From contig CP170459.1 of assembly GCA_047947115.1 (NCBI GenBank), positions 4,224,001-4,288,000 of the forward strand: 64,000 bases of DNA, given 5' to 3'. The position numbers and the translations under genes are program-made. Position 1 is the stretch's first letter, and every line of letters begins with the position of its first letter. This stretch comes from Verrucomicrobiota bacterium. Lineage in GTDB: Bacteria > Verrucomicrobiota > Verrucomicrobiia > Limisphaerales > AAA164-E04. This document shows positions 59,555 to 64,000 of this stretch, piece by piece. The notes under the pieces were generated by a model that worked only from the letters and a program-made list of their open reading frames with translations, ran no database searches and had not been told where the DNA came from.

Positions 59555-60931
59555 TCAATCCACTCGATAAAGATGATGACGCGTCCGTAAAAACAGCGAC
59601 TTGCCAACCACTGCCGGTGAAGCCATAAACCCGGGACCGCGGCGAGGGTCATCATTCGGCGCATCCTGAGCCAGTTCATTCGTCGCCACAATGTTCAGCG
59701 TGCGGCCTGGTTTGATGATGGTTGTGATTCCTTCCAGACTGAAGAAGTAAAGGTTACCATCCACATAAATCGGAGAGGCGCGGAATTTACCCCCCACCCG
59801 CTCTTTCCAAATCGTCTCGCCCTTAGCAGCATCGACGCAGGCAAGGAAGCTGTCATCCAAAGCCATGTATAGCAGGTCATCTACCAAAATAGGTGAAGCA
59901 TATTTCGGGAACAAATTTCCCACCTGCCAATTCATATGCGTTTGGTTCACGACACCCTTTCCGCCTGTTTTGACCGAACACATTTCAGCCCCCCGGCTGA
60001 ACCCTGTCACAAAAATGGCGTTATCCTTGTACAGCAGCGGGCGAGGTGCGGGCGAATACGCTTGATGATCCAGACGCCAAAGTTCCAATCCGGTCGAGGG
60101 ATCATATCCATAGGCCGCTTTGGCACCCACGCTGAGCATGATCGGTTTCCCCTGCACTTCCACCACTAGTGGAGTGCTGTGACCTTTACGCCAATCACCA
60201 TCCTTGACCATCTGGTTTTCAATATGTTCATCATTCCAAATCGCGGAACGATCCGTTTTCCAAACTGTTGCACCCGTATTTTTATTCAAGGCGGCATGGT
60301 ATTGATGATCGGCGCCGTCGAATGTCAGGATCAGTAAATCCTTGAATAAAACGGGCGATGAAGAAGCTCCCCGATAGTGCCAGCATGGCAAATCATCCCG
60401 TTTCCAAATCACTTCAAACGACTCCGCATCCAAACAGGCGGTTCCGAAACTTCCAAAGTGAACATAAGCACGCCCCTTCTCGACCACAGCGGAACAAGTG
60501 GCGTAACTATTATCCTTACTCCCATTCCCAAGGGATTGCGGATTGTCGCTCTGAAAAACCTTTTTGTTGGCCAGTATCTCCCCAGTCTCGGCATCGACAC
60601 AAATCACCCAGAAATCATGCCCATCCTCGGTGGCAGTGGTCAGCCAGACTCGCCCATCCATCACCACCGGTGAAGAAAGTCCCAGATGTGGAATCTCAGT
60701 CTTCCATCGGACATTTTCAGTTTCGCTCCAGTGTGTTGGCACCCCGTAGATCTTGTTGTCACCTTTTTCAGCCGCATAACCATCCCCCCATGGCCCCCGA
60801 AAATCCGGCCAGTTGTCTGCTGCTCGGCCTGTCGTTTTGGCAAACATCAAAAGAGTCATGGCACAACAGATGAAAAAACAAACACCTTTGGGAGGATGCA
60901 AGTTCGAACGTTTGAAGAAGAGGTTTTGCAT
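59555..60931 (-). CDS. PQQ-binding-like beta-propeller protein (PVC-expanded BamB-like family)
   Basis: NWPDFRGP.G.G, WSETENVRWK, SSPV repeats, ASPAV....L.LRT..HLY; start uncertain. Confidence 0.88.
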   Translation of the reverse strand: MQNLFFKRSNLHPPKGVCFFICCAMTLLMFAKTTGRAADNWPDFRGPWGDGYAAEKGDNKIYGVPTHWSETENVRWKTEIPHLGLSSPVVMDGRVWLTTATEDGHDFWVICVDAETGEILANKKVFQSDNPQSLGNGSKDNSYATCSAVVEKGRAYVHFGSFGTACLDAESFEVIWKRDDLPCWHYRGASSSPVLFKDLLILTFDGADHQYHAALNKNTGATVWKTDRSAIWNDEHIENQMVKDGDWRKGHSTPLVVEVQGKPIMLSVGAKAAYGYDPSTGLELWRLDHQAYSPAPRPLLYKDNAIFVTGFSRGAEMCSVKTGGKGVVNQTHMNWQVGNLFPKYASPILVDDLLYMALDDSFLACVDAAKGETIWKERVGGKFRASPIYVDGNLYFFSLEGITTIIKPGRTLNIVATNELAQDAPNDDPRRGPGFMASPAVVGKSLFLRTRHHLYRVD

Positions 60932-61088
60932 GACAAAACCCTGACCGGATCCCGGAAAACTGTCAATCTCGGTTTCCTTGAACCAATGACAAATCACGCC
61001 AGGCGGAAACAGTGTCCTTATTAAAGCACGCACCATCCTGTGCGAAATGCCATTGAATTTCTTGTCGTTTTGACCATAGTGGTGGTTC

Positions 61089-63770
61089 ATGAAATTAAAA
61101 TCTGCATACCGCCGCGCTGCCGGTTGGCTGGGACTCGCCGCCGTGATGATCTCTCAACCGATCCTGAAAAGTGAAACGTCCCTGTTTGAGCAGGTTTATT
61201 GCACCAAACATGCCCATTTTCTGGCACCGACGGATTCACCCGATCACCGCAAATATGCTCCCAGCCGTTATGTGGATTTCCTGCATGTCAAGCTGGACAT
61301 CACACCGAATTTCAAGAAACGCACCGTTTCCGGCACCACGCATATCACCTTCAAACCGATCGCAAATGCATTGGACCAGTTGCGATTGGATGCCGTCGAG
61401 CTGACATTTGGAGAAATCAATGCCTCACACACCATCTCCGGCTGGCATGTTTCGGATGACGCAATCATCATAGATTTTCAAAACGCGATCCTTCCCGAGG
61501 AAGAAGCTTGGATCTCCCTGGAACACTCGGCCGAACCCAGTAAGGGCATGTATTTCAGAACCCCGGAAACGGGTTATAAGGAAGGCGAAGCCCATCTTTT
61601 CACACAAGGTGAACCGGTTGAAGCTCGTCACTGGTTTCCATCTTTCGATGCACCCAACGAAAAATTCACCACTGAAATCACCTGTCGGGTTCCCTCGGGC
61701 ATGGAAGTATTGTCCAACGGACATCTGACTTCGAAGGAACCTGTTCCCAACACGGATCTGACAGCATTCACCTGGTTACAGGACAAACCGCACGTGAATT
61801 ACCTCATCTCCGTCGTGGCGGGGTATTTCGTCAAAATCGAAGACCGTTACAAGAATATACCCATGGCATTCTGGACGCTGCCTTCTGAAATTGAACAGGC
61901 TCAGAATTCCTTTCAGGACACCAAGGCGATGATGGCTTTCTTTGAAGAGGAAATCGGCGTGCCATATCCCTGGGCCAAATACGATCAGATCTGCGTCAAT
62001 GATTTTGTCGCAGGCGGCATGGAAAACACCAGTCTGACTTCCCTCACCGACAGCACCCTTTTCACCTCCGACACGGAGAACCTGCGATCCAGCCAGGGGC
62101 TTGTCGCACATGAATTGGCACATCAATGGTTCGGCGACCTGGTCACGTGCAAGGACTGGAGCCACCTCTGGCTCAACGAAGGATTCGCCACCTTTTATGA
62201 CGCCTTGTTTGAAGAGCACAAAAACGGGCGGGATGCCTTTCTGTATCAGATGTATAAAAATGCAAGAGGCTTTGCAGGAAGCCACAGCGATGAAACGCCC
62301 ATTGTTCATCGGGCTTACAATCAACCCATGGACCAATTCGGCTACCGCGCCTATCCCAAGGGGAGCTGGATCCTGCACATGCTCCGCACACGATTGGGAG
62401 AGGACCTGTATCGCAAGTGCATTCAAACCTACCTGGAACGACACGCTTATGGAGTCGTGGTAACGGAAAACCTGAACGCAGTCATTGAAGAATTGTCGGG
62501 TCAGTCCTTTGACAGATTTTTTGATCAATATGTATTTCACGGAGGACATCCTGACCTCAGTCTTTCCTATTCCTGGGATTCCAAATTGAAACTGGCAAAA
62601 GTTTCCGTGAAACAGAATCAGAAAGTCGGGGACAAAGTCATGCTGTTTGAAATCCCGGCCACCATTCGTTTCAAAACCAGTGAAGCCGTGATCGACCACC
62701 CGATTACCATCCGAGAAAAATCGGAGGATTTTTACATCCCATTACCCGAAGCACCTGAAGTTGTGCGCTTCGATCCGGAATACACACTTTTGGCCAGGAT
62801 CAGTTTTTCAAAACCAACCCCGTTGGTATTGTCTCAACTCAAGGATGAATCGGATGTCATGGGACGAATCTTTGCGGTCAAGGATCTGGAGAAAAACAAA
62901 TCCCAAAATTCCGTCGACGCATTGAAAGAGCGGCTGAACAATGATCCATTTTACGGAGTTCGACTGGAAGTTGCGGATGCGTTGGGAAGCATGCATACAC
63001 CTGAATCCCTGTCCGCTTTGTTGGAATCCAGCGATCAGGATGATGCCCGGGTGCGGTATGCCATACAAAACGCCATGACAAGGTTTTATCATCCGGATGC
63101 CTATGAGGCTGCGAAACATGTCGTGGAATCAGAATCCAATCCCATGATTGTTAGTCGTTCCCTGAATGCCATAGGAAATTATGGAGATGTAGAAATCCCG
63201 GCGTTATTGCTTCGCTTCTTAAACCAACCCTCCTACCGCAATCGCCTGACTGAGGCAGCGATCACTGCGATGGGATCTCAGGATGATGCGGACTATGTCA
63301 TGCCCATTCTGAACACACTCATGAAGCGCAATCAGGAGTTCACAACGAGAGGTTATTCCAGCGCACTGTCCACCCTGGCCCAACTGAGCCGACATCTGGA
63401 AGACAAGTCCATGGTGTTGAGTTTCATCACGGGACATTTGCAGGATCCGAAGAACAATATCCGGCTCGGCGCCATCCGCGCTTTGGCCAAACTGGGAGAC
63501 TCAAGGGCCATCGTAAAATTGAATGGATGGCTGAGTGCGGATCCGGATTCAGCCGAACACAAAGCGGCACGAAGCACGATTGACACCCTCAATCGACAAA
63601 ATCAACCCGGCGATGATCTGCGAAACCTGCGCAACAAGATTCAAGAAATGGAATCGAGTCACAAATCCCTCGAAAACCAATTGGCCGATCTAAAAAACAA
63701 ACTGGAAGCGCTTACCATCCCTGCGGAGCCTTCCAAGGAAGGAAACAAAGAGGAATCCAAGGAAAACTGA
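61089..63770 (+). CDS. M1 family aminopeptidase with HEAT repeats and coiled-coil tail
   Basis: GGMEN, HELAHQW...NEGFA zinc motif, YPKG, C-terminal HEAT-like helices. Confidence 0.93.
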   Translation: MKLKSAYRRAAGWLGLAAVMISQPILKSETSLFEQVYCTKHAHFLAPTDSPDHRKYAPSRYVDFLHVKLDITPNFKKRTVSGTTHITFKPIANALDQLRLDAVELTFGEINASHTISGWHVSDDAIIIDFQNAILPEEEAWISLEHSAEPSKGMYFRTPETGYKEGEAHLFTQGEPVEARHWFPSFDAPNEKFTTEITCRVPSGMEVLSNGHLTSKEPVPNTDLTAFTWLQDKPHVNYLISVVAGYFVKIEDRYKNIPMAFWTLPSEIEQAQNSFQDTKAMMAFFEEEIGVPYPWAKYDQICVNDFVAGGMENTSLTSLTDSTLFTSDTENLRSSQGLVAHELAHQWFGDLVTCKDWSHLWLNEGFATFYDALFEEHKNGRDAFLYQMYKNARGFAGSHSDETPIVHRAYNQPMDQFGYRAYPKGSWILHMLRTRLGEDLYRKCIQTYLERHAYGVVVTENLNAVIEELSGQSFDRFFDQYVFHGGHPDLSLSYSWDSKLKLAKVSVKQNQKVGDKVMLFEIPATIRFKTSEAVIDHPITIREKSEDFYIPLPEAPEVVRFDPEYTLLARISFSKPTPLVLSQLKDESDVMGRIFAVKDLEKNKSQNSVDALKERLNNDPFYGVRLEVADALGSMHTPESLSALLESSDQDDARVRYAIQNAMTRFYHPDAYEAAKHVVESESNPMIVSRSLNAIGNYGDVEIPALLLRFLNQPSYRNRLTEAAITAMGSQDDADYVMPILNTLMKRNQEFTTRGYSSALSTLAQLSRHLEDKSMVLSFITGHLQDPKNNIRLGAIRALAKLGDSRAIVKLNGWLSADPDSAEHKAARSTIDTLNRQNQPGDDLRNLRNKIQEMESSHKSLENQLADLKNKLEALTIPAEPSKEGNKEESKEN

Positions 63771-63772
63771 AC

Positions 63773-64000
63773 ATGGAAAACGATCAGAAAAACGGTGGAA
63801 CGCAACCCAGAGTGGGCATCATCATGGGAAGCGATTCCGACTGGCCCACCATGAAAGCTGCGGCGGAAGTGTGCACGCAATTTGGAATAGAATTTGAAGC
63901 ACGCGTCGTGTCCGCTCATCGCACTCCGCATGACATGGCGGAATATGGCGACAAAGCCCACGAACGAGGGTTGCAGGTCATCATTGCAGGAGCAGGAGGA
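63773..64000 (+). CDS. purE: N5-carboxyaminoimidazole ribonucleotide mutase (partial, runs off the window)
   Basis: Manual translation gives [11 protein letters not shown]...VVSAHRTP...VIIAGAGG. Confidence 0.95.
   Translation, partial: MENDQKNGGTQPRVGIIMGSDSDWPTMKAAAEVCTQFGIEFEARVVSAHRTPHDMAEYGDKAHERGLQVIIAGAGG

Overview
A 64-kb bacterial chromosomal window whose gene content points to the PVC superphylum, most likely Verrucomicrobiota (inferred from prepilin/H-X9-DG proteins, a DUF1501 + PSD1/cytochrome c pair, a PVC-type CxxCH heme protein and a sulfatase). Housekeeping genes include nadE, an M16 peptidase, yacG, an extended adenylate-kinase-like protein, gmhB, rfaE1, thiG, yciH/SUI1, an M1 aminopeptidase and a partial purE. 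The main candidate for an undescribed system is three separate cassettes in which pilin-like H-X9-DG genes sit directly upstream of large secreted proteins built from tandem repeat domains. These and two more large secreted proteins (five in all) share a ~55-70 aa C-terminal module (L-x-x-[ST]-x-x-[LFI]-x(2-3)-W-T...[FY][FY]R near the stop) that looks like a sorting or anchoring signal. Also present: an intact-looking IS4-family element inserted into a REP-like palindrome (18-bp IRs, 10-bp target duplication), two sequence-unrelated REP/BIME-like tandem arrays that both have a 124-bp period, a possible 6S-like RNA upstream of thiG, a zrg-like metal-related ABC/DUF3299 operon, an ECF sigma operon and a decayed surface-protein pseudogene. 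All family assignments come from motifs recognised by eye; no database searches were run.
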